From Camelus dromedarius (Eukaryota), in the NCBI RefSeq assembly GCF_036321535.1, contig NC_087458.1, forward strand, positions 7,254,001 through 7,318,000: DNA of 64,000 bases. Direction: 5' to 3'. Made by a program: the position numbers and the translations under genes. The notes under the pieces are model-generated. The model was not told the DNA's origin, made no database searches, and worked only from the letters and a program-made list of their open reading frames with translations. This document shows positions 13,326 through 24,527 of the stretch, in pieces (within the stretch, counting starts at the first letter, position 1; every line of letters begins with the position of its first letter).

Positions 13326-15187
13326 GGACTTCTTCTTAATGGTGATACAGAATCTTCTCAAAGCACAGCATCTGCTCTCTCATTTACCTATTACTCCCAT
13401 CCCAGCCTAGCTCCTCCCATTCTCCAACTCTTATCCATTTGGCTGCCCTGCCTTCCTTTTGTAAAAAGTCAAAGACCAAACAAATAAAGTCAAAGACCTT
13501 CTAGCATGAAGTAAGAAGGGGATGTACTAAAATACATCATAGCTTATGATGAATAGTGATCAGATGGCTCAAGTATTACCCTACTACTCTCCATGGAAAT
13601 ACCTTCTTTTAGCCCTCCGAATTCCTCCTCCAAGTTTTTTAACCCTACCCTCTCACCCGTACCTCCTGAGAGAGAATCCGTCCAGGGCTGAAGTAAAAAT
13701 CCAAATACCTATCATGCTAGTTCTGAGGTAGAGGCAGAACAAGACACTGAAGTGATTAAGCATGAGCTGATACTCTATGCAAACAGGGTAAGACCTGCTC
13801 AAGTAGCTATGACTGGCAGGTTATCCTATTTCAAGAAATCCTCTATATTGTAGCAACTGTTAAAATGATAATAATGTTTTTCAAGAGCCTGTAGGGATAA
13901 AGATAATGTTTCCTCTCAAAATATTTACTGCAAGTATGGGCACGCTCACGATGAAAACCTAAAGTCATGGGCCTGTCCTCTGTACAAGTTTACTGAGAAC
14001 TGAAAACTCTTTTGATGCACCATTAGCAGAGGAACAGAAGAACAGAAGCATGAAAAACGTAGATAATGCAAAAACAGCCTGCACATGATTTTTAAGTATT
14101 TCTTGGACAGTCGATAAACAGAGCACAGGTAACTCACTCTCCTCGTGATAGTTTATTTAATTGAAGATTAAGCTAGGTTTGCATTTCCAGCTGCAAGAGA
14201 AGCAGCAGCAGCCCAAGCAGATCAACCAAATACCAGAAGATATTCATGAACAAGGATTTTAAGTAGTTACAATAGAGTCCCAAATTTTAAAAATTCACAC
14301 ACAGAGTTAATTAGTGGAACTGAAATATGTTTACAGATCAAATTTCAGTATAATAAGTTCCCAAGAGGAGTGGTTCCTTTCTGCTACACTAGAATTTTTT
14401 TCTATGAAACATGGCTTGAAATAAGTGGGTCAGATACAGACTAAGAAATCTTGAAAATGTTCTCAAGAAAAAAGTAAGTATATGAGGTAGTAGTAGTGTT
14501 ATTAACTCGATGGGGCGTAATCCTTTTACAATGTATACATATATCAAATCATCACACTGTACACTTTCAATACCTTACAACTTTCCTTGTCAATTATATC
14601 TCAATAAAGCTGGGGGGGGAGGAACTTTAGATTTTTGTTGTAGTTATATTATGGTATTTACTGTAATGGAGTATAACTGATATTTCTGGTTTTTATACAT
14701 TAATTAGTATACCTTGTCTTTTTCACTAAATTGTAAATTCCCTGAAGGTCTAGCTTTCAGCTGATCCAAAGCTCTCTAGCTGGGTAATGCTGTTAAGTCA
14801 CAACAGAGGACTAATTAGAGGCTATTGGTCTCTTAGTTTTGCTTTGTTCCACCCACAACACAAATCATACCCTGACATCCAGCCAGTCATCTAACAATAG
14901 TATGCTGCTACTTAGAATGAATAACAATGAAGTACTGATGAATTATGCAAACTCATCACAAAAATAGGGGGGAAAAAGCCTCTATTTTTCTGGGTGGGAA
15001 ACAGAAATGCCAGCTTATGTGAAGAGAGCAGTACCTACATTTCAGACTCCAGGACATTACTGCAGGTGCTTCATGGTTTGCTCAATTAACGCCTTAGTGA
15101 CTATCAAACTTTCATTAACATTTACTAGACATTAACGGCAAATAGAAGAACAAAAGGGACATACTAAATATTATAATTTGCGGTAGT

Positions 15188-15335
15188 TTCTGTGGCTGGC
15201 CACATAGAAGCTTACACGCCTCTCCAGCACCATTCACCTGGAGAGGCTGCTATGGATGCCAGCTACTGCTTTTTCTCCTTTCCCAAACAGATACAGCTTG
15301 GTCTATAGCTGCACTGCCCCATAATAAGGAGACTT
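15188..15335 (-). ncRNA. SCARNA26: Box H/ACA small Cajal body RNA, SCARNA26-like (~148 nt), in GON4L intron 14
   Basis: Hairpin-H-hairpin-ACA architecture. 5' hairpin TCTCC/GGAGA plus TGCAGCT/AGCTGTA; H box AAAGCA (15272-15267); 3' hairpin GCTGGC/GCCAGC, CATAG/CTATG, GCCTCTCCAG/CTGGAGAGGC; ACA (15193-15191) followed by 3 nt. 5' pocket complements recalled U4 snRNA around U79. Name from recollection that human SCARNA26A/B lie in YY1AP1/GON4L introns. Confidence 0.88.
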
Positions 15336-15492
15336 ATTCACTTGCCACCTGACACCCTGCCAGGGCTCTGCTTCCTTATATCAGTAACAGCACATAGTCA
15401 GGGACGGAAAACTGCTAACCACAATTTCTGAAAACCTTTTTAGACATACACTTTTCCTCCACTGTAAATCTCAAAATCTTTGGCTAGCCTAC

Positions 15493-15596
15493 CGTAGGGC
15501 TTGAGGGGTATTAAAGTTAGGCCGAGGCTCAGCCACACGTTCCTCCTCTTCTAGGCCATCATCTTCCATGTTGGAGAATCCCATCTCATCTTGAAA
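15493..15596 (-). CDS. GON4L: GON4L exon 14 ([35 protein letters not shown])
   Basis: CAG acceptor; CG|GTAGGC donor; 104 nt, phase 0 to 2. Confidence 0.95.
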
Positions 15597-16187
15597 CTGT
15601 GGGGAAAAGGAAAGGAAGGATATTCCTGGGGAATGGGCATGCAGAAGTCATGCCAGCAGTGAGAAGGAAAAGTGAAGACTACAACTTATAGGACTTCAGT
15701 AATGCTGGCAACACAGAAAGAGTTTGCATCAGGACCGCTCTCACTTCAGGGTTCCCACAATTCCACACATGGGGAGACTGTTATGCCAGGAAAAAAGTTT
15801 CTCAACCTGTCAACTTGCAATGATAAGGACAGATCATGGATAACTCAAAATGTTCAAAATATCTTTTGAGAGACAAACTTATGAGAAAGGTAAACTATCT
15901 GTGCTCAGAATAATCTAAAACTAGTTTGTAACCTTTAAGGATGCACCAAATGACAGGCCATCCAAAAGTTTCCAAGGAAAATTTTATTAAGAATAACCTA
16001 CATATGGATAGTCAAAATTTATTATTTAGCAAAATTCTCCTACCACTATATTCTCTCCTATGTGGACTAAAAGGGAAATTTGCTTGGTCAGACCTTCTGG
16101 AGAGAAGGTCTCTGAGACCAAACATCAGAGCTTGCTGGAGATTCTACTTTTCCCATCCTGAGTTCTCATTCAAAGATCATTACTCAC

Positions 16188-16228
16188 AGTTTCAAACAGC
16201 TCTTCCATCAGTTCATTCACTTCCTTTT
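16188..16228 (-). CDS. GON4L: GON4L exon 13 (KEVNELMEELFET)
   Basis: Poly-T tract plus CAG acceptor; ACT|GTGAGT donor; 41 nt, phase 1 to 0. Confidence 0.93.
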
Positions 16229-16599
16229 CTGAAAAAAAAAAAAAAAAAAAGCCAAACAGTATGTTGTTAGCACAAATCTGTTTCATATTGCAATAGAAGG
16301 AATTCCAAGAAAACAATGAAAGTTGTTTTCAGCAAGGCGTTTGAGAAAATCTTCATATCTATCCATCATGCATTCATCCATTCAAAAACACTTACTGATC
16401 ACCAACTACATGCCTCAAACCCTGTTATAGATGCTTGGATACATGACAGAACTTTACTCTCATGAAGCTTAAATTCTTGTGGGAAGACATACAAAAATGA
16501 GAGCTAGATGATTTTATAAGAAGATAAATTCATAGTTTGTGGTCTATCGTCATGAATGGCATCAAGAGTTAAGTCTCCAGTAGTGTATCATAGGACCCT

Positions 16600-16960
16600 A
16601 ACTTTAGACCTGAACTATCCAGCAATCCCATCATCGACCTAGAATACCCAGAAAACACACTTATCAACTCTGTAAATGATATAAAGGCAAAAGGAATTGT
16701 CAGACCAACTAATGACAGATTCAGAATTCTAGGTTTTTCTCAAATTAATTGGATGGAACATAATGGGAATAAATTTAAAGTCTCATTTTTAGGATTTTCA
16801 AAAATCAATTTCTTAAGTGCACAAAAAGGTGACACGGCTCGAAAACAATCTGAAAAAGATCTAAATGTTTTGGTTGATCTTAAGTTCAGTATGATACAGC
16901 AGCTCCAGAAAAGTGTCCACACCAAGAAGGTAAACATGTCACTGAACCAGAAGAGTGTCT
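16600..16960 (+). mobile_element. L3/CR1 LINE ORF2 remnant (probable 3' continuation at ~18160-18300)
   Basis: ORF 16753..17010 contains EKDLNVLVDLKFSMIQQ, resembling the CR1 ORF2 motif EKDLGVLVDxKLxMSQQ. Confidence 0.6.
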
Positions 16961-17029
16961 CTGTTCAGTATCTTAAGGACTGTGATCATTTCTCTAAAAG
17001 CCCTTCTTAAGAGGGCATTAAAAAGCTAA

Positions 17030-17945
17030 AATCCAAATGTTGGGGACGACGTGGAGCAACTAGAACTCTAATAAGAATGTAAAATGGAAAGGCACTTGGG
17101 AAAAAGGTCTAGCAATTTCTTAGAAAACTAGGTATACATCTACCCTATGACAATGATTCCTCCCATAGATAGCTGACCGAAAAGAAGTGAAACATTTGTC
17201 CAAAAACCTTGCACAAGAAGTTCAGAGCTATTTTTATTCAAGATAGCCAGAAATTAAAAAGCCCACGTGTCCATCAGTACCTGGGGATTGATAAAAAATA
17301 GATAAACAAACTGGTATATTTATACAATGGGATCCTACTCAGTAATAAAAGGAAGAAATTAATGACAATATACAATACGGATGAATCTCAAAAACATTAT
17401 GCTAGGTGAAAGAACAGAACACGTACTATATAATTCCATTTACATGAAGTTCTAAAAGAGGCAAATCTAATCTGTGATAGAAGAAAATGGAGCAGTGATT
17501 GCACCTGGGGGGATGGTGTGGGGACTGACTTGGAAGGGGCAAGAGGGAACTTCCTGCGGTGACAATTCTCTTTCTTGTTAGAGGTTTGGGTTACACAAGT
17601 GCAGGCATGTCAAACCTCACTGAATGGTACACTTAAGATTTCTGTAATACAATGAGTATACATTTACCTAAAAAGGGAAATTATAAACAAATATTGAGCT
17701 CTAATTCATGATATGCATGCTGAAATGCTTAAGAGTGAAGGTACTGATGTCTACAACTCACTTTGAAGTGCATCAAAACAAACAAATCCATGGATTCATA
17801 GATGGACAGAGAAGTAAATGGATAGCTAGATGATAAAGCAAATATATTAAAAGTTAACTAGAGAAATTAGGTGGTAGGTATGTGGATACCCACTATACAG
17901 TTCTTTCAACTTTTCTATATGTTCGAAAAGTTTCACAATAAAATG
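17030..17945 (+). mobile_element. Old L1 (L1MB/MC-like) 3' region
   Basis: L1 3' motifs (GTGTCCATCA, TATACAATGG..TACTCAGTAATAAAAGG, GGATGAATCTCAAAAACATTATGCTA). Confidence 0.7.
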
Positions 17946-18771
17946 AGGGAGAAATTTTTTTAAAAATAAAAACTAGAATCCGGAGGAGGGTAACCTGGGT
18001 GCCGAAATCTGGGAACTCTGGCATTTAGAGAACTGAAGAAACTTAGTATGTTTAACATAGCACAGAAAAAAATGCAGGAAAAGAAACACCTTTTACTATG
18101 CACACTTGGGAATAAATTATATATTTTTTTAGCAACAGAGGACAAACAGAGAAATATAAAAGGTAAGATTCAGGCTCAATAAGGAAAATGTTAATTGAGG
18201 AAGTGTTCAAGAGCAGGATACACTGTCTGCAGAATTGATGAACTTGTCACTGGAAGTATCCAAACAGAAACTGAAAGGCCACATCAGACAAGCTGTTAAC
18301 AAATGCTCAAGTGGGAAGAAAATATATGTGACCACAGGAAGCTTCCCAAACACTGTGATTCTATGCTTTTATATTTTTTAATTTTTATCATCCAAGTGAG
18401 GATAAGTCTTCTTAAAGGGATTATAATTAAACATGATAACATAAGACAGAAGAGAACAAGAGGGAGAAATAAAATTAAAATGCTATCCCAGTTTTCACTT
18501 ATAAACACAGAACTCCAGGAGTAGAAAGAAGATACTTCATTCAGGAATCCCAGAAAAGTTCACTATTTGATTGGCAAATATTGTCGGCCCCATGCAAAAC
18601 ACCAGCTCTAAGGCAATAATGCAAGATCTATGAGAAACTCACAGTCAAGGGGAGGAGACAGATACTAAATAAACAGTTATGAGAGAGATGAGTATTTCAA
18701 AGGACATATAAAATAGTATGGAGTACAAAGCAAGATCAATCCTACTTGAGGAGGAGCTCCCTGAGAAATCA

Positions 18772-21700
18772 CAGTTGACTCTTGAACAAGAAATTGAACT
18801 GTGTGGGTCCACTCACACACAGATTTTTTTCAATAAATACATTGGAAAAATTTAGGAGGATTACAGCAATTTGAAAAACCCTCAAACTACAGAGCCTAGC
18901 AATATCAAAATTTTAAGAAAAAGCTAGGTGTGTCATGAACGCATAAAATACATGTAGCTATTAGCCTATTTTATCATTTACTACCATAAAATATATCAAA
19001 ATCTATTACAAAAAGCTAAATTTATCAAAATTTACACACACACTACAGCCCGTAGATGGTGCCATTCACAATCAATAGAAAACGCAACCAAATGTTAAAA
19101 TGCAGTATTAAATCATAACTGCATCAAATGAATTGTGGTACACACTGCCCTACTGTAATCATTTCATATGATTATACCTCCTGTTGCTACTGCAGGGAGC
19201 TCAAGTTTTGCAAGTATCTGCTTAAAACATCTCTGCCTGAGTAGTCATGTCTCCAGTAAATTGCATATTGTTGTAGAAAGTGATCTCTTGTGCTTCTTGA
19301 GTATTTTTCGTGTTTAGTGCAATACCATAGACCTTGAATAACACTATGGGACCCACACAAAGTGATGCTGGAAGTGGTCCCAAGAAGCAAAGAAAAGTCA
19401 TGACATTACAAGAAAACACTAAATTGTTTCATGTGTACCACAGGTTGAGGTCAGCAGCTGCAGTTTCCTACCATTTCAAGATAAATGAATCCAGCATAAG
19501 GATCGTAGTGCAAAAAAAAAAGAAGTTTGTGAAGCCATAGCTGCAGATATGCCAGCAGATGTGAAAACCTTGCACTTTCTGTGAAACACCTTTTATATCT
19601 CATATTAAAAANNNNNNNNNNNNNNNNNNNNNNNNNNNNNNNNNNNNNNNNNNNNNNNNNNNNNNNNNNNNNNNNNNNNNNNNNNNNNNNNNNNNNNNNN
19701 NNNNNNNNNNNNNNNNNNNNNNNNNNNNNNNNNNNNNNNNNNNNNNNNNNNNNNNNNNNNNNNNNNTTGCTAATTTTAGAAAGAGGTTTGGCTTCAAAAC
19801 CGTCAAGATAACAGGAGAAGCAGCCTCTGCTGATTNNNNNNNNNNNNNNNNNNNNNNNNNNNNNNNNNNNNNNNNNNNNNNNNNNNNNNNNNNNNNNNNN
19901 NNNNNNNNNNNNNNNNNNNNNNNNNNNNNNNNNNNNNNNNNNNNNNNNNNNNNNNNNNNNNNNNNNNNNGTAAGGAAGAGACTTAGCACCAGGATTTAAG
20001 GCAGGAAGGGACAGGCTAACTCTACTGCTGTGTGCAAATGCAGTTGAGTTTATGACCAGGACTGCCCTTGTCAATAAAGCTGCTACTTGAAGGGAAAAGA
20101 TAAACACCAGCTGCCAGTGTTTGGTTGTACAAAAGAAGGCCTGGATAACAAGAACCCTTTTTCTGGATTGGTTCCATCCATAATTTGTCCCTGAAATCAG
20201 AAAGTACCTGGCCAGTAAGGGGACTGCCTTTTAAAGTTCTTTTGATATTGGACAATGCCCCTGGCCACCCAGAACCCCATGTGTTCAACATCAAAGACAT
20301 CTAAGCGATCTACTTGCCTCCAAACACATCTCTAATTCAGCCTCTAGATCAAAGGGTCATAGGAACCTTTAAGGCTCATTATACACAGTAACCTATGGGA
20401 AGAGTTATCAACACTACAGAAGAGATCCGAATAGAAAGAATGTCATGTAAGTCTGGAAGGATTACACCATTGAAGACACCATCATTTTTACAGAAAAATC
20501 CATGAGAGCCATCAAACATGAAGCAATAAATTTCTCCTGGAGAAAACTGTGTCCAGACATTGTGCATGACTTCACGGGATTTACAACAGAGCCAATCAAG
20601 GACATCATGAGATGGTGGATATGGCCAAAAAATGATGAGGGGNNNNNNNNNNNNNNNNNNNNNNNNNNNNNNNNNNNNNNNNNNNNNNNNNNNNNNNNNN
20701 NNNNNNNNNNNNNNNNNNNNNNNNNNNNNNNNNNNNNNNNNNNNNNNNNNNNNNNNNNNNNNNNNNNNNNNNNNNNNCAGCAATGCCAGAAAACAAACTG
20801 ACATTAGACAATCTGGCAGAAGGGTTCCAAGTATTCAAGATGGTTTTCGACTTCTTTTACATGAACCCTTNNNNNNNNNNNNNNNNNNNNNNNNNNNNNN
20901 NNNNNNNNNNNNNNNNNNNNNNNNNNNNNNNNNNNNNNNNNNNNNNNNNNNNNNNNNNNNNNNNNNNNNNNNNNNNNNNNNNNNNNNNNNNNNNNNNNNN
21001 NNNNNNNNNNNNNNNNNNNNNNNNNNNNNNNNNNNNNNNNNNNNNNNNNNNNNNNNNNNNNNNNNNNNNNNNNNNNNNNNNNNNNNNNNNNNNNNNNNNN
21101 NNNNNNNNNNNNNNNNNNNNNNNNNNNNNNNNNNNNNNNNNNNNNNNNNNNNNNNNNNNNNNNNNNNNNNNNNNNNNNNNNNNNNNNNNAGGTAATAAAC
21201 TTATCTGTTGTGTACGTTTATCTCTGGGAAGACCTAAAACTTGTACGGCAAGAACTGTATGAATTGTTTTTGTGTCATCACCATTGCCACTGCCTAATTA
21301 TTCATCATGTAGAACATCACGTGCCAGACTTGTACTGAAGTGGACAGCCTGTCCTTACTTAGGCATAAGATGAGTGATATTTAATATAAAATTAATAATG
21401 TGCTAGTTTTCTTACTGATTTATAGCTTTGCTTTCAAAGAATTACATTACTACACAGTATTTCTCACTAATTAGAGAAAACATCATCAGGCTATCATCAC
21501 ATTTTTTAAAAAAATGTAACAATGATTCTAATCCTGTACATGAATATACCTGTAATATTGTACGCCATAAAACTTTTATAACCATTCATTAGTATATAGG
21601 CTAGGCTACTGTGAAGCAATAGTACTGATTACACTAGGACACCATCAAGCAATCATACTGCTGCTTCTTCATTATATGAAGAATGAATTATTACACCTGT

Positions 21701-22146
21701 AAATAAAGATTTCTTTTTCACATTATCCTTCCATTTTTGATATCTAGCGTTAGTAATATGTATATCTACAGTGTTTTGTATCATTTAAGATAATACTGAT
21801 GTAGATACTGACAGATGATTCATCTTGTAAACAGACAACATAAACTTACAGTATCAATAAATACAGTACAAAACTGTAAATATATTCTCTCCCAGGATTT
21901 TCTTCTCCTCCCCTCAACCACTTAGGATTTTCTTAATTACATTTTCTTTTCTCCAGCTTACTTTATTCTAAGAATACAGTATATAGTACAATTTACATAC
22001 AAAATATGTATTAACTATTTTATCAGTAAGCATTCCAGTCAACAGAAGGCTATTAGTAAAGTTTTTGAGGAGTCAAAACTTTCAGTTGGATTTTCAACTG
22101 TGCAAGAGTTTGGCACCCCAACCCCTAAGTTGTTCAAGGTCAACTG
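18772..22146 (+). mobile_element. Near-complete decayed Tigger2-family (pogo-like TcMar) DNA transposon
   Basis: TIRs CAGTTGACTCTTGAACAA and TTGTTCAAGGTCAACTG followed by TA; broken transposase from ATG 19346 (KKQRKVMTLQE; GLPFKVLLILDNAPGHPEPH at 20221-20280; YLPPNT..IQPLDQ). Confidence 0.88.
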
Positions 22147-23514
22147 TATCTGTAAACTAAAGAAAGTACAAACAAAAGGGGAAGGCAAGTGTATTCCAGG
22201 CTGAGACCTGAACTGAAATGAGGTCTACTTTTCTGCTTCAAGCAGAAAACATTTCATTACAAGCACATTTCACTGTGGCCAAGTCGCTCATTGAAAGACT
22301 CTTCCCCTGGTTTCTGACACAAGACTTTTGATTTTTCTCATATTTTCCTAGACCTTTCTTCACCATTTTCTCAAAGCCTAAATCCTTAAGCCTTTTCATT
22401 CTACACTTTCTCTTTGATTCCTGGTGCTTTCCTTTGAATACTTCCTCTAAACTTAATTGTCATAACATACCAAAATAAATGGAAGATTTTCATAAAGGAA
22501 ATGGCATTCTAATCCTAAAAACAAGATGAAAGATGAAATAAAACAATAAAATAGAACAAAAGTCCTAAAGGATTATGTTTACATAATTCTCTTTGCACAA
22601 AGACGTGCGTTATTTAGGTACATAATAAACACTTTGGGTTGCTTCTAAAGCTCTCTTCATAACCTGATCAAGAGCCAACATCTTACCTTCACCAGGCTGT
22701 GTATACTATCCCATTACAGGGTCAGGCGCACACTCAGTAAAAATCAATAGTTCCTGAAATACGTTTTCCATCATTGGCAAGCTGGCCAATGAAATAATTT
22801 TTAAACAAATGACTCAAACCAAGTCAACTTATTTAACTGTTTTCTATATCTCCATTTTTGACAGATCAAAACTCAAATCCGGGGCTTCTCCATGAACTGA
22901 ACACTACTCATCTCTTCCTACCACCCCTCACACACACAACTAACCCAAACCACTTACTATTTTCCAAACACAGTTACTGTCATTTCACAGTTCTGTGGTC
23001 TGCAGATCTCCTTCTATCCGCAATATCCCTCTCTGCCTCCATTCACCAAAAAGTTCTTATGGCTCCTTCAAAACTAAGATAAAACATCTCATTTTGTGAC
23101 CCCTTCCATAACCCCTCCCACCCTACTTCATACCACACACGAGGATATCATACCCTCTTTTAGGCCTCTTAGTGTGCCTTATACACAACCTATTAGAGCA
23201 CCCATCAGCTTACAGTGTAACTTTTTCTTTTTGTATCAGCCTACAAGGCTGATGTCTTATTGGCAAAGACCACGTCTTATTCATTTTGGTATCCTAACTA
23301 CAATCGCTGCCAAATTCTCAATGCATGACTGTGGAATGTATAAATGAGCGACTGACAGGCTTCTTGAACATAAATGTAAATTTAAAGAATTAGAAAAATC
23401 AATGGGTAGGAGACGCTTCAATGTGCTGCAAACTCTACCCTCAAAAATCTGCAAAGTTTACAAAGGTAGATGTGGAGGAGTCAAGAGCAGGACTTATAGT
23501 AAACACGGACTCAC

Positions 23515-23616
23515 TGGTGATTCTCACTGCCCGGTCAGTGCGGAAATCCTCGGTGTCTGGTTCGTCAAGGTCATCCAGGAAATTATATTCTGGATCGTCG
23601 TCATCATCTGCCTCAT
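23515..23616 (-). CDS. GON4L: GON4L exon 12 ([34 protein letters not shown])
   Basis: TAG acceptor; CCA|GTGAGT donor; 102 nt, phase 1-1. Confidence 0.95.
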
Positions 23617-23710
23617 CTAGGGAAAAAGAGACTTATTCTTAACTCTGTACTCTATATGAAAATTTAAGATTTTCAGCACCGTAAGAATCTATTCCAATAA
23701 TGAACATTTA

Positions 23711-23743
23711 ATCGCTTCTCAGCCTTTTGGCTAAGATCAAGTG
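23711..23743 (+). pseudogene. 3'-truncated U2 snRNA retrocopy (U2 nt 1-33)
   Basis: ATCGCTTCTCAGCCTTTTGGCTAAGATCAAGTG is 32/33 identical to recalled U2 5' end; perfect 16-bp TSD CAATAATGAACATTTA at 23695-23710 and 23744-23759. Confidence 0.93.
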
Positions 23744-24391
23744 CAATAATGAACATTTATTAAGTTTTTAAATAACTTGCTGTTTTTCCCCCTCAGTGTC
23801 TTTGCACAGATCATTTCCCACAGCTGACTCATCTCACCTGTTCTCTCCAATATGTCAAGTTCCTTCCTTCTTTCCAAAAAGACTTAAATCTCTCAAAATG
23901 CAGCAAAAGCCAGAAAACTGAACATGTAATTTATCTCAGTAATCCCACTTAGAGCAGTGCATCTCATGAAAATAGTATTTTGGTGAAACTATTTATACAA
24001 AGGCATTGATAGTGAAAAAAGAAATGACTCTAATATACATATAATATATACACATTATATAATGACCATAATTATGATTCCTTAGTATAAAACAGTATAT
24101 ACATATAGAATGTAAACATTCCACACATGTTCAGTACATGCATGACAAAGTGCAACACACTATAATACAGACACAATACTCATAAGTACGAATAATAAGA
24201 CTCAGAAATAACAAAAAATGTTAAAAAACATTTGTTATGTCAATGTATTGAAATATGGGTATTCTTCTCCCTCATAATTTGCTCTAACATTGATACTATG
24301 ATGTCTTTTCAATTCCTAAATAAAAATTGTGGAGTCATTAAATTATAGAATCGTTATTGTAAGGTGATATTTTTCCTGGGGCAACTTTAGA

Positions 24392-24527
24392 TCAGTGCTG
24401 TCTAAGAGAACTTCCTGCAATGATGGAAATGTTCTACATATGCCTGCTCTACAACAATGGTAGCCACTACCCACAAAAGACAACTGAGAATTTGAAATGT
24501 GGTTAGTGTAACTGAGGAACTGAATTA
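24392..24527. mobile_element. MER3-like hAT MITE
   Basis: CAGTGCTGTCTAAGAGAACTTCCTGCAATGATGGAAATGTTC...GTAACTGAGGAACTGAATT resembles recalled MER3. Confidence 0.65.

Noticed and set aside
19346-20900. Domesticated TIGD-like transposase gene
   Set aside because: Visible parts contain stops and frameshifts; no continuous ORF.
23711-23743. Functional U2 snRNA gene
   Set aside because: Only 33 nt, no Sm site or snRNA promoter elements, and flanked by a TSD.
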